Assembly: GCA_049724395.1 (NCBI GenBank) | Contig: JAUGWO010000025.1 | Location: 62,001-97,980 of the forward strand | Length of the DNA: 35,980 bases | From: Spongospora subterranea f. sp. subterranea | Taxonomy: Eukaryota | Reading direction: 5' to 3' | Part shown: one piece after another, positions 23,620 through 35,265 of the stretch | How the letters are laid out: the number at the start of each line of letters is the position of its first letter | Numbering within the stretch: position 1 is the first letter of the stretch | Made by a program: the position numbers and the translations under genes | Notes under the pieces: model-generated | The model's input: only the letters and a program-made list of their open reading frames with translations | The model's database searches: none | Told to the model about the DNA's origin: nothing

Positions 23620-26600
23620 GCTATTATGGACGTTATCAAACACATCAAGGTATTAATCAGTTTATTTCAGCGGTTCATGCCTAAGAAAACGTGTGGTTTG
23701 TCATCGTCATCGTCCGGTAAACTGATGTTGGTAACACCATCGAAGATTCCAAAGTTACTGCCTTCATCCACATCTCTAAAAATATCGCAATCATTTTCGG
23801 AATGGCAAAGTTCATTATTGTCGGAGTCTTCGGACACTCCGAAATTTTCAATCACACCAGCGTTTCAGACTTATGTCGACAATCAGCTCAGATCTTCTAA
23901 AAACTTTGTAAGCTAATGAACGTGATGAATGGTTTGCCGTATTTGATCTTGAACCTTCAGATCAAGGAACTACACATGATAACATCGACACGCGTTTCGT
24001 TCGCCACTGCGTTCATATCAATTTGGGGGGTCTTGTTCAACATTATGCATGTAAATTGAAGTTGATTGAGCAGGTAGAAGTGTTTTTTTAACATTGGTTA
24101 CAGGATGGTCATGAGGAAAACGCCAGATCTCTGAGCACACTAAAGGTCCCTAAAGCGAGCTCGTTCGAAAATGCTAAGCCATATTGTATCTTTTCGAAAA
24201 AAAAAGATTTGCGAAACTTTACACAAAAAGTATTATTCCATACTCTTTTTGAAATTTATGGTTTAACCCGGGTACAGTGTTTTTCCGAATTATCTAATCA
24301 GATCGAGAGTCTCGGCAAGCTGATTGGTACATTCACTGAACAAGTCCGGGTTGGTACTAGTCACCATTGATGACAGACGACGCTTATTTTTGTTTTCGGC
24401 TTGTAGCCTGCTCCTGTTGATGAGGTAGACCAGGATGGCGATGCATCGATGAATGTCCAATTGAATGATCGAGATGATGCCTGTTCAACAGTACGCGGTT
24501 CTGCTCGCATGTCTTTTGATAATTTCATTTGATCCTTTCATTCTTTGTCTGTGCTTTTTTGTTTTTTGTTTGTTCACTATGCCGTTAACAGTATATCAAA
24601 CTCGTTCTGATTTTGAACTATTTAGATCTTATGGGGTAGGCCTGTCCCAAACAGTCCAACTCGACAGGTACGTCGACGATCTACCGAGGGTTACAAATGT
24701 TTTAACCTTCCTATTAAGCTCAATGACCCTGTTGCATTCGATTTGTGTAATAACGTTGACGGGTCTTGTCAACTCAACACCGCAACGAGTGATGTCAACT
24801 ACAATGAATTCAATCAAGATTCTTCCATTATGGATTCAATGGTATCCAAAAATTCTGCCCGGATCTGGTAATTTGTCGTGTGAGAAATTCATTGTATCGT
24901 ATAGGAGGCGAAGATGATGTTCGATGCGAAAGTGGTTGCCCACAGCGATAAAGCCAACCCAGAATCCTTTGACTCGTTATCAAGTCATTCGGATTCCGTT
25001 CTCAGGCCCTGTAGGAAGCCTGATGTATCTTCATATGGTTCCTTAACGGGCCACAATTCTCGCGGTCTTGGATTGAGACTAGTAAAAAAGTATGAGGAGG
25101 AAATCGCCCTTCGGAAGCCAACTGTTTGTGAGGGAGATTTTGACCCGTCCCAAGCAAAGGTTGTTAATTCGAAAGAAATTTCTTCAATGAAAGCATGTGA
25201 TGAACAATCGTTCGAGCGGAACCTCGCGGATCCTATATGGTTGCAGCAAGAGTTATTTCAGTTAAAACTCGATTATTTTATCAAGCTTGACCAATGCGAC
25301 AAGGATGCTCTTGAGCAATCTAATGAGTTAGCTAGAGTTAAGGCTTCTCATGAGGCTAAAATCGCGCTGGCCGAGGAACTATCCACAAAGTTCAAGAAGT
25401 TAAAAAGCGATTACGATAACGAAGTTGCCCTCCGGGAGCAAGCTGTTCATGAGCAAGCCGTCCAACTGTCGCTATTACGGGATAATCATCAGAAAGAGGT
25501 CGCAGATCTAAGACAATGTCATCAAAGTTCCCTGGAGCAGGTGGAGAAAATGAGAGTGAATGATCTAGCGTCAATCCGACAAAAACATGAGGCAGAGGTA
25601 CAGAATGTGCGCAATGAATGCCAGAATTTGAGGCAATCTTTTGAAAATCAGCTGAAATTCTGTAAAATTCAAGTTGAAAGTGCTCGAAAACGGAAGTTGC
25701 CCAGAAAATTAAGAAGCATTGGTATGGAAAACACAAAAAATGAAATTGCACCTGACAAAAAAAGGCGTCTGGAAACAACCATTGCTAAGACAGAGGCCAC
25801 AGCGCAGAAACCAGTCGGTGTCAGCCAGGATAACAGTGGGGGCGATGGTGAAAGGAAATCAAAGATTGTGGATGCTGTTGTGGAGCAGGGCAAATCAAGG
25901 AGAATAATCCCATTCAATGCTAATCAACGTCAAGAAACAGAACATAGTATCGCCGATCGAGATTATGATGATGAATTCGCCATCAGGCTGTCGGAGAAAA
26001 CAGGTGCAGCAAGTTTTCAGCCAAATCTTAAAAACATGTTGACGGCTGAAGTAAATGCAGGTAAACTTGGTGCCGATCCTAGTGAAGGCTTTTGCCCACA
26101 AGGTACTATTAATGATCAAGATCAGCGGAAATGCTGTGATAAGAATGACGACCATGATTATGATTGCGCATCCACAAAGGTGCATACAGATGTAGGGCAC
26201 AAAATTGAACAAGGCGATATCAATTTTGTAATAGAGGACCGCAGAGATGGTAAACAAGTGGAGAATACCGTTTTAAGGGGCGATTGCGGGACTGATAGAT
26301 CTACTGATGATTACGCCACGTTAAATACCTTGCGGGAAGAGGGCTTTCCCAGGGTATGTTACGAACCTCTTGCCAAGGAACAACTCCAGAAATTTAATCA
26401 GTTCAAGGTCGACAATCATGGCGACGTTGAACTACGCAAAGCTATCAAGCTGTCCGAGGAAAAAAGCAACGTCCTACCTAAGCTAGCATGTGATAATGAA
26501 AAGGAAGGCGCCAATCAGGAGCCACCTGTTCATGAGGTAGCCATGGAAGCGTTTCAAAGGAGGGCGGTCGACGGACAAGTCGCTGCAGTGAAAACATCTG

Positions 26601-28059
26601 ATGAACCAACTCCCCAGGAGACCCTCGAGGAACTTAAATGGTTACGTCAAGAACTTTTTGAGTTGAAAAACAATTATTTTTATAATCTTGCCCGACGCGA
26701 CATTGATGCTCGTGACAAATCCATTGAATTAAGTAGAGTACAGGCCTCTTATGAGGCTAAAACCGCCATTGTTGGGGAAATACTTATCAAGTTCAACAAG
26801 TTACTGAGCGAGGAAGCTGTTCATGAACAAGCCATGCAAGAAATTGTCGCAGATTTTATACAAGGTCATCAAAGTTTCCTCGAGCATGTGGGACAGGCTA
26901 CAACAGAGGGCACAGCGCAAACTCTAGTTGGTGTCGAACAGCCGGACAATCAGGGTAATGATGATCTGAATCCAAAAAGTGTGAATACGGCTGTGGAGCA
27001 GGACAGAAAAGTAATCTCGCAGCATCTCGATGTTAATCAACATCAAGAGGCAGAATATAGTAACGCCTATCGACAGGATGATAATGAATTCGCCGTCAAG
27101 TTGTTGGAGGAATCTAGTGGATCAGCTTTCTCGCCAAATACGAGGACAGGTAAATCTGTCAACGATCCTAAAAAAAACTCGTGCCTAGGAGGTATTACGA
27201 ATAATCAAGAACATCGAAATCGCTGTGCTGAGGAAGACGATTATGATCGCGCATTTCAAACATCACAAAGTGAAATCACAGAAACCGTCACGCACGATAT
27301 TGAAAAAACCAATACCATTTGTGTGGATGGCGGCTGTAGATATGGGGAACAAATTATGGAAGATAACGGCGGCCCTGTAATGGTATCAGATGGCGATATG
27401 GCTCAATCTACAACAGGTAGATCAAGGGCCGAAAATTCGATCAATGTAAGAGCGCCACATGCCATTTTGTTTTAAGCTGATGTGGTTTTGCGTAGGACGA
27501 ATTAAAGGCGGTGCAACCGAACAGTGGTTTATCGATAACCAATCATTTTTTTGAACAAGGGCCTCATCCAGACACCGTCAATGACATCACTATTATTCGA
27601 GGTGATCAAGAGGCTGAGATAGTTGCCATTGATGGGGATTTTCACCCGGGTGACACACTGAATCAAGACACCATCGGCAATGTGAGACTCTCTCCTGAGC
27701 TCATGTCAGGAACTGGTAGCAATGGGGAAGTTGAACACGATATTTTGTCAAATCTGCGTGTAGCGACAGAACAAACCCCAACCCCTGTTCCTTCTGAAAA
27801 AACACCCATTTCTCAACAAGCCGGTAAGTTGATCACGGTTTCGATTTCCATATGTAAATCTGATTCCCTTCATGTTGGTTAGGAAACGATAATTCCCCTA
27901 AGAAAGGGAGCGGATATGTTTTGGTCTGCTTCCTAGCATCCTCAGTATTTCTCATCTTCATGTGTTTAATCATGTTCTATGCCAAGGTCTGTGTGTTTCA
28001 TTGCTACTCTGTGAGAACGATCATCTAATGTTCGCTATGATATTTCACAGCGCGCTTGA
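23620..28059 (+). CDS. Large coiled-coil/disordered protein with an internal duplication and a C-terminal TM anchor; multi-exon, 5' end uncertain
   Basis: 853-aa open exon (24914-27475). In-frame splices AAT|gtaaga...gtag|GAC, GCC G|gtaagt...tag|GA and AAG|gtctgt...cacag|CGC GCT TGA give the end ...GSGYVLVCFLASSVFLIFMCLIMFYAKRA*. Small upstream exons at ~23620-24900 are inferred. Confidence 0.65.
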
Positions 28060-29280
28060 TATCAGACCATGTGCCGTGATCGAGACGTCACTTTAATATG
28101 TTAAATAATTTATCGTAGAAAATACAAACCACTAGTGAAATTTTTCTGGTCTTAGCTACGATGAAGAGCAAACTTTCGAAAAACTCAATACAACAAACTT
28201 CCACGAGGGGTTCGCAGTAACAATAAAATGTATTTCTAGCTCAGCAGCTGTGCGTTTTCGATAACGAGTTTTCTTCAAGAAATATTCAAGATCACGGGTG
28301 AATCCTTAAATCGCGACTCACAATCGAAACTTCGGTTCAAATGAACAATTGGCAGTTTAGTTATTCGTGACCGGAACGTAATGGTTATCCTAGGCCCCCT
28401 CTAATACAGTTGGCACAACTCAATGGTGTTGAGAATCGTCTCAACATCAGTTATTGTTGAGTCAATTTCAAATCACCAGTTCGCTTTGAAAACTGTCGGA
28501 ACTCAACAGAATCTTCAACTCCACGGTTCAGATTAGTGATTTTAGAAATATGTCAAGGGTGGTAAGTGTTTTCTTGCTGGTATTGGAGCTATGGATATGA
28601 ATACCGAATGAGATGTGATTGTGGGAATGGCGCTGAACCTGGGCATACAATGGCAGACCTTATTGTTGGCAATACCTCACGGTCGCCAAATCGACTATAT
28701 CAACTATTGCCATTGATTGCGTTCGAATGGGGTAAACCGTCCGAAAGGCCAAGGTATGTCAAGGGCTTCGACCAATAGGGCGTTTGTTTTCACGCAACTT
28801 GACTTCTTCAAGAACATTTTTGGGTGAAAGGGACAGGAACAACACGGTGCATTGATAATTCGGAACAATCCGATGATGACGACAGGTTAGCGAGGAAGAA
28901 TCTAACGAAAAGGGAATCACAGGTACTCGCAGCGGCAGTGCACCACAAGCCGCTACAGAATATTGCACTAATAGAACATCTGAAGGGGACAGGTCAGCTC
29001 CAGGAAACGGAAACGTGTTTTGTCAGTCGATTGAACTGTGGTTTATCATGTTTCATTGATGGTGTCATGAGGCACTATATTCACATGAATCGCTCTATTC
29101 CTCTTTGTATCCAATATCCATTGTCGCGAATATTATCATCAAGTGGACCGCCCTTCTCTTCTCATTTGATTGTCCTGCTCTCGATTAGTTATCAAGTGGC
29201 GCCCTCTATTCTTCTGTTTTCATGTCAATTGTTCTGTAATGATTGCCATTATTTTCTTCAAGTAAATCTCCCGATTCTTC

Positions 29281-29474
29281 TCTATTGATTGCCGATTGTC
29301 GCCATTATAATCATCAAGTGGATCACCCGATTCTTCCCTATTGATTGTCGATTGTCGCCATTATCATCATCAAGTGAAAACCCCAATTCTTCTCTATTGA
29401 TTGTCCATTGTCGCCATTATCATCATCAAGTGAAAACCCCAATTCTTCTCTATTGATTGTCGATTGTCGCCATT
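29281..29474. repeat. 56-bp tandem repeat (~3.5 copies, degenerate copies from ~29130), resuming at 31760-31797 after the MULE
   Basis: attgattgtcgattgtcgccattatcatcatcaagtgaaaaccccaattcttctct units start at 29284, 29340, 29396 and 29452. Confidence 0.9.
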
Positions 29475-29480
29475 AAAAAA

Positions 29481-31751
29481 GGCGTCGGGTCCGTGGACAC
29501 CCCAAATTGGTCGGTGGACACCCCTGGTACGCATTTTCTTATAAATCACACACTTATACATTACAGTACCAGACGCCTTTATTCAGAAACAGTACCTACT
29601 TCAATTAACAATTGTTCGGCAATCACTTACAGCGACACCGCCCCTATTGGTAGTGAGTCTATCGAACTACATGATCGGCGATTGTGACCAGAGCGGCCAC
29701 ATAAACCACAAACACGTTGTCGTCGTTCTGCATTCTCGAAACCAGAAGGATCTCTTCGTGTCGAAGATACAGGACCCAACCGAGCGACTGACCCTTGAGG
29801 TCGTCCTCGAGCGGTAACTTGTTCTGGATTTTGAATGAAGTTGGTATCTCTTCGTATGCTTGTTAAAACGTTGACGCCTTCCTGTATAACTCGCTGGCGA
29901 TGAGGTGGCAACGATTGGTAAGTTGCATCCAGTTCCGACAGAGCTTGAGCAAATGTCTGTGGACTATCTTGTAGAGAAACTCCAACAGGAATGCTCAGTC
30001 GCCAATTACAGTGAAAATCTTGGGGGTTTAGCACAGAGTTTTGACGTATCAGTTCTTTCATCATATGAGAACACGGAATTCCCATAGTCAGAAATAAAAC
30101 ATTGGAGCAATGATCGTCACCAGATAGCTCTTTTGCCTTCTCATATTCCTTGTGAGCTTTGCGCAGCGCAAACTGTGAAATCTCTCGGTTGGCATTCCCC
30201 CAAAACGGGATTTGATGGGTCAGCAGCGCATTGGATTTGTCATACTCGATTTTTTGGGAAATAGAGTGGAGATGATGATCTACTGCTAAACAAATCTTGC
30301 TGTAAACACTTTTGAGGTCACCGGTGGATACCCGGATCCACGATTTCAGCGATGAGTGCATACCTTCAACTCGAGAAGTTGCAGTGTTCCCAAAATGCAG
30401 ATAATGTTTAGTCCAAGCGATAATAAACATCTCCTGATGAGGAAGCCATGTTTCCTTGAGGTAACTGATCACTGCAGCAGGATACTCCAATTCTAGGTTG
30501 GTTAGTTCTGTTTGAAAGACGGCTTGATCAACTGAGTAAATTACGTTTGTCCAGTCCCTCAAGAACTGCTGGAAAGTGTCGTTGTTCACGAAATGCCTTT
30601 TCGTCTTGGCTAGTACATTCTTCTGAATATGCCATATACATAACAATATGGTCGGGTTCGCAAACGAGAGTTCACTCCTGATGGCATTGATTAGTGCTAA
30701 TTCCCGGTCAGTCACGTATTATCATCATACGTTTGGAAATGCGTCTTGACAAAATACATTCCGAAGTTGTCGCAAGGCCCATTTATAATCCTGTTCGGTT
30801 TCACTTCTCATAAACACGAAACAGATTGAAAAAGACATGTTAACCGGAGTGACGCCGACAACGTGCAGTAAAGGCATCCGAAAACTAAGAGAACGGTTGA
30901 GTTTTAGCGGGAGAAGCAGGTAAAATTTTACCGATTGGTTTTGTAAGTAGCATCAATGAGAACGGTATGGTGATATTGTCTCGCCAGTTTGATCGAAGAA
31001 GACGGTGCAAAGAAGAGATGAGTTATACGACGGTGATCGTCGTATTGGTAAGCATGCAATACATTATCTGTGATTAACTGGTCTAATAATGCCTCAATGG
31101 GGCTTCTTCCTGATAATTCTGATGTCCTTATTCGCTTGACAATATTGTAGACGTCCTGAGAAATCACGGCTATTCCAGGATATCGCTGACGCAAAGCGGC
31201 AATGATCGTTTTAGGCTGAGCACCAGCTTGATTCATATCGCCTATCAAAGCTTTCTGTTCATCATTCAACGTCCGAGCTGAGGAAAATGTAGAACTTTCA
31301 GTGGCCGGCTGGTGGTTATGTTCATCGCAGATCAAGTTCAGCGACCATTTGGTAAGGTCATTATTGGCTTGAATTATTGCAGACCAGGGACAGTTCATTC
31401 TATTGGTACTCGTACATTTGATACGCGTATCGCTGTCGAGAAGCGGCCGAGAGTTGCAGTAGGATCGACCGTGCTGACAGACTAGCCATACCTTGTATAT
31501 GGAACCGGAGCTGTTGCGTTTGGACCGACGTTTGTTAATATTGTACCCTGCTGCGTGCATCTGGCTTTTAAAGACTTGGAAGGTTTCCTCAACCGTTGAC
31601 AAAAGAGAAGAGGATTCCATCGAGATAACGAGCTGTGACCTGAGTGGTAATGTATAATTGTGTGATTTATAAGAAAATGCGTACCAGGGGTGTCCACCGA
31701 CCAATTTGGGGTGTCCACCGACCAATTTGGGGTGTCCACGGACCCGACGCG
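29481..31751 (-). mobile_element. Mutator-like (MULE) DNA transposon, full-length, with TIRs and TTAAAAAA target-site duplication
   Basis: TIRs at 29482-29564 and 31647-31750 (gcgtcgggtccgtggacaccccaaattggtcgg...). TTAAAAAA occurs at 29473-29480 and 31752-31759. Confidence 0.95.
29627..31620 (-). pseudogene. MULE transposase (FAR1/WRKY-like Zn finger, DDE domain, SWIM-like motif, AT-hook, CCHC knuckle), interrupted by three in-frame stops
   Basis: WLVC...NCPW...HNH; LIDATYKTNR|FRMPLL (intron 30931-30885); VTDRELAL; CIWH; TSRVEGMH; GIPCSH; RGRP; CGLCGRSGHNRRSC. TGA TGA TAA lies at 30727-30719. Confidence 0.93.
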
Positions 31752-32248
31752 TTAAAAAATGGATCACCCAATTCTTCTCTATTGATGATGAAACATACAC
31801 TCAAGAGTATATTACTCCCTCTGTTCGGAAATAAAGGTCCTGTTTGAAAAAGGTGCGTGGATTAAGGTTGTTTTATGCGCAACCTCGTATCATAGAACTG
31901 GATAATGACGCGCGCGTCAAGTGCTTTGCTCTCCCGATGTTTTCGGAGGGCATCTATTGACATGGAGAAAGATAAGCTTAAAGACATGTTTTTAACTCTC
32001 CAGCAATGCAGTATGGAGATCATGAAGGTCACTTTCAACTCTCCAGCAATGCATGATGAAGATCATGAAGGTCAAGGGGGGCAACAATTATAAGATGCCT
32101 CACATGGGCAAGGAACGGCTCAGGCGCCAAGATGATGTTCCAGACAATTTACCCTGCGACATTGCAGTTTTGCATCAAGCAAAGCAGGATGCACAGAGTG
32201 GTGATGAATTAAAATTCTTCAATGGACCGGTTTTTCAAACTTTTCTCG

Positions 32249-32609
32249 CAAACCTTGATGCAAATCCTGAAACCTTAGGCCTACGTTCTCACCTTGCCGC
32301 ACATCCCAAATTAGGCCTACGTACTCAAACCTTGACGCAGAATCCTCAAATTAGGCCTACGTACTCAAACCTTGAGCGCACATCCTCAAATTAGGCCTAC
32401 GTACTCAAACCTTGATGCAAATCCTCAAATTAGGCCTACGTACAAACCTTGACGCAAATCCTGAAATTAGGCCTACGTACTCAAACCTTGACGCCATCCT
32501 CAAATTAGGCCTAAAACCTTGACGCACATCCTCAAATTAGGCCTACGTACTCAAACCTTGACGCAGGATGCACTGAGCTTTGATTGTGCAGAACGTACTC
32601 AAACCTTGA
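32249..32609. repeat. Short degenerate array of the 39-bp unit
   Basis: About 8 copies of caaaccttgacgca(a/c)atcctcaaattaggcctacgtact, many with indels. Confidence 0.9.
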
Positions 32610-32842
32610 TTTCCAACATTAAAAATAGGTGCGTGAGACCTTTATTTCCGAACATTAAAAATAGGTGCGTGAGACCTTTATTTCCGAACATTAAAAATAG
32701 GTGCGTGAGACCTTTATTTCCGAACATTAAAAATAGGTGACTGAGACCTTTATTTCCGAAATTTAAAAATAGGTGCGTGAGACCTTTATTTCCGAAATTT
32801 AAAAATAGGTGCGTGAGGTGCGTGAGACCTTTATTTCCGAAA
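32610..32842. repeat. 36-bp tandem repeat (~6 copies) containing the reverse complement of the mariner TIR core
   Basis: Unit aacattaaaaataggtgcgtgagacctttatttccg. The motif gacctttatttccgaac is the reverse complement of gttcggaaataaaggtc at 31823-31839. Confidence 0.93.
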
Positions 32843-33126
32843 TTAGGCCTACGTACGTGATTTTGTGTCACCTATTTGCGCTGTTTTTGGAGGGCACCTA
32901 TTGACATGGAGAAAGATAAGCTTAAAGACATGTTTTCAACTCTCCAGCAATGCAGTATGGAACAATTATAAGATGCCTCACATGGGCAAGGAACGGCTCA
33001 GGCGCCAAGGTGATGTTCCAGACAATTTACCCTGCGACATTGCAGTTTTGCATCAAGCAAAGCAGGATGCACAGAGTGGTGATGAATAAAATTTTTTCAA
33101 TGGACCCGTTTTTCAAACTTTTCCCG

Positions 33127-35214
33127 CAAACCTTGACGCAAATCCTCAAATTAGGCCTACGTACTCAAACCTTGACGCAAATCCTCAAATTAGGCCTACG
33201 TACTCAAACCTTGACGCAAATCCTCAAATTAGGCCTACGTACTCAAACCTTGACGCAAATCCTCAAATTAGGCCTACGTACTCAAACCTTGACGCACATC
33301 CTCAAATTAGGCCTACGTACTCAAACCTTGACGCAAATCCTCAAATTAGGCCTACGTACTCAAACCTTGACGCAAATCCTCAAATTAGGCCTACGTACTC
33401 AAACCTTGACGCAAATCCTCAAATTAGGCCTACGTACTCAAACCTTGACGCAAATCCTCAAATTAGGCCTACGTACTCAAACCTTGACGCACATCCTCAA
33501 ATTAGGCCTACGTACTCAAACCTTGACGCAAATCCTCAAATTAGGCCTACGTACTCAAACCTTGACGCACATCCTCAAATTAGGCCTACGTACTCAAACC
33601 TTGACGCAAATCCTCAAATTAGGCCTACGTACTCAAACCTTGACGCACATCCTCAAATTAGGCCTACGTACTCAAACCTTGACGCACATCCTCAAATTAG
33701 GCCTACGTACTCAAACCTTGACGCACATCCTCAAATTAGGCCTACGTACTCAAACCTTGACGCACATCCTCAAATTAGGCCTACGTACTCAAACCTTGAC
33801 GCACATCCTCAAATTAGGCCTACGTACTCAAACCTTGACGCAAATTCTCAAATTAGGCCTACGTACTAAACCTTGACGCAATCCTCAAATTAGGCCTACG
33901 TACTCAAACCTTGACGCAAATTCTCAAATTAGGCCTACGTACTCAAACCTTGACGCAAATCCTCAAATTAGGCCTACGTACTCAAACCTTGACGCACATC
34001 CTCAAATTAGGCCTACGTACTCAAACCTTGACGCATCCTCAAATCCTCAAATTAGGCCTACGTACTCAAACCTTGACGCACATCCTCAAATTAGGCCTAC
34101 GTACTCAAACCTTGACGCACATCCTCAAATTAGGCCTACGTACTCAAACCTTGACGCACATCCTCAAATTAGGCCTACGTACTCAAACCTTGACGCACAT
34201 CCTCAAATTAGGCCTACGTACTCAAACCTTGACGCACATCCTCAAATTAGGCCTACGTACTCAAACCTTGACGCACATCCTCAAATTAGGCCTACGTACT
34301 CAAACCTTGACGCAAATTCTCAAATTAGGCCTACGTACTCAAACCTTGACGCACATCCTCAAATTAGGCCTACGTACTCAAACCTTGACGCAAATTCTCA
34401 AATTAGGCCTACGTACTCAAACCTTGACGCAAATCCTCAAATTAGGCCTACGTACTCAAACCTTGACGCAAATCCTCAAATTAGGCCTACGTACTCAAAC
34501 CTTGACGCACATCCTCAAATTAGGCCTACGTACTCAAACCTTGACGCAAATCCTCAAATTAGGCCTACGTACTCAAACCTTGACGCAAATCCTCAAATTA
34601 GGCCTACGTACTCAAACCTTGACGCACATCCTCAAATTAGGCCTACGTACTCAAACCTTGACGCAAATCCTCAAATTAGGCCTACGTACTCAAACCTTGA
34701 CGCAAATCCTCAAATTAGGCCTACGTACTCAAACCTTGACGCACATCCTCAAATTAGGCCTACGTACTCAAACCTTGACGCACATCCTCAAATTAGGCCT
34801 ACGTACTCAAACCTTGACGCAAATCCTCAAATTAGGCCTACGTACTCAAACCTTGACGCAAATCCTCAAATTAGGCCTACGTACTCAAACCTTGACGCAC
34901 ATCCTCAAATTAGGCCTACGTACTCAAACCTTGACGCACATCCTCAAATTAGGCCTACGTACTCAAACCTTGACGCACATCCTCAAATTAGGCCTACGTA
35001 CTCAAACCTTGACGCACATCCTCAAATTAGGCCTACGTACTCAAACCTTGACGCAAATCCTCAAATTAGGCCTACGTACTCAAACCTTGACGCAAATCCT
35101 CAAATTAGGCCTACGTACTCAAACCTTGACGCACATCCTCAAATTAGGCCTACGTACTCAAACCTTGACGCACATCCTCAAATTAGGCCTACGTACTCAA
35201 ACCTTGACGCAAAT
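33127..35214. repeat. 39-bp minisatellite, ~53 highly homogeneous copies
   Basis: Unit CAAACCTTGACGCA(A/C)AT(C/T)CTCAAATTAGGCCTACGTACT, head-to-tail with no spacers. Confidence 0.99.
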
Positions 35215-35265
35215 TTCGGCAAATTTGCGTTTGCGCGATTTCTGGAAGTCACATGTCGAAATCCA

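Larger units (their letters stand above)
31815..33126 (+). mobile_element. Rearranged plant-type (DD39D, Stowaway-related) mariner-like element: one TIR and two copies of the transposase C-terminus
   Basis: TA + CTCCCTCTGTTCGGAAATAAAGGTC at 31813-31839. The peptide DMFLTLQQCSMEIMKVKGGNNYKMPHMGKERLRRQ resembles the C-terminus of Soymar/Osmar-type transposases. Segment ~31938-32250 is repeated at ~32882-33126. Confidence 0.8.

Noticed and set aside
28417..28462. Short hairpin tgttgaga-atcg-tctcaaca with outer actcaa/ttgagt pairing
   Set aside because: Too short to distinguish from chance, with no Helitron end or TSD identified.
32519..32871. 12-aa repeat ORFs (NIKNRCVRPLFP and its antisense)
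   Set aside because: Translations of the 36-bp TIR-derived repeat.
33127..35214. CRISPR array
   Set aside because: Units are head-to-tail with no unique spacers, no cas genes are present, and the context is eukaryotic.
32249..35214. Telomeric repeat (TTAGG/TTTGAGG-like words in the 39-mer)
   Set aside because: The words are isolated within a longer unit rather than tandem, and a gene follows the array.
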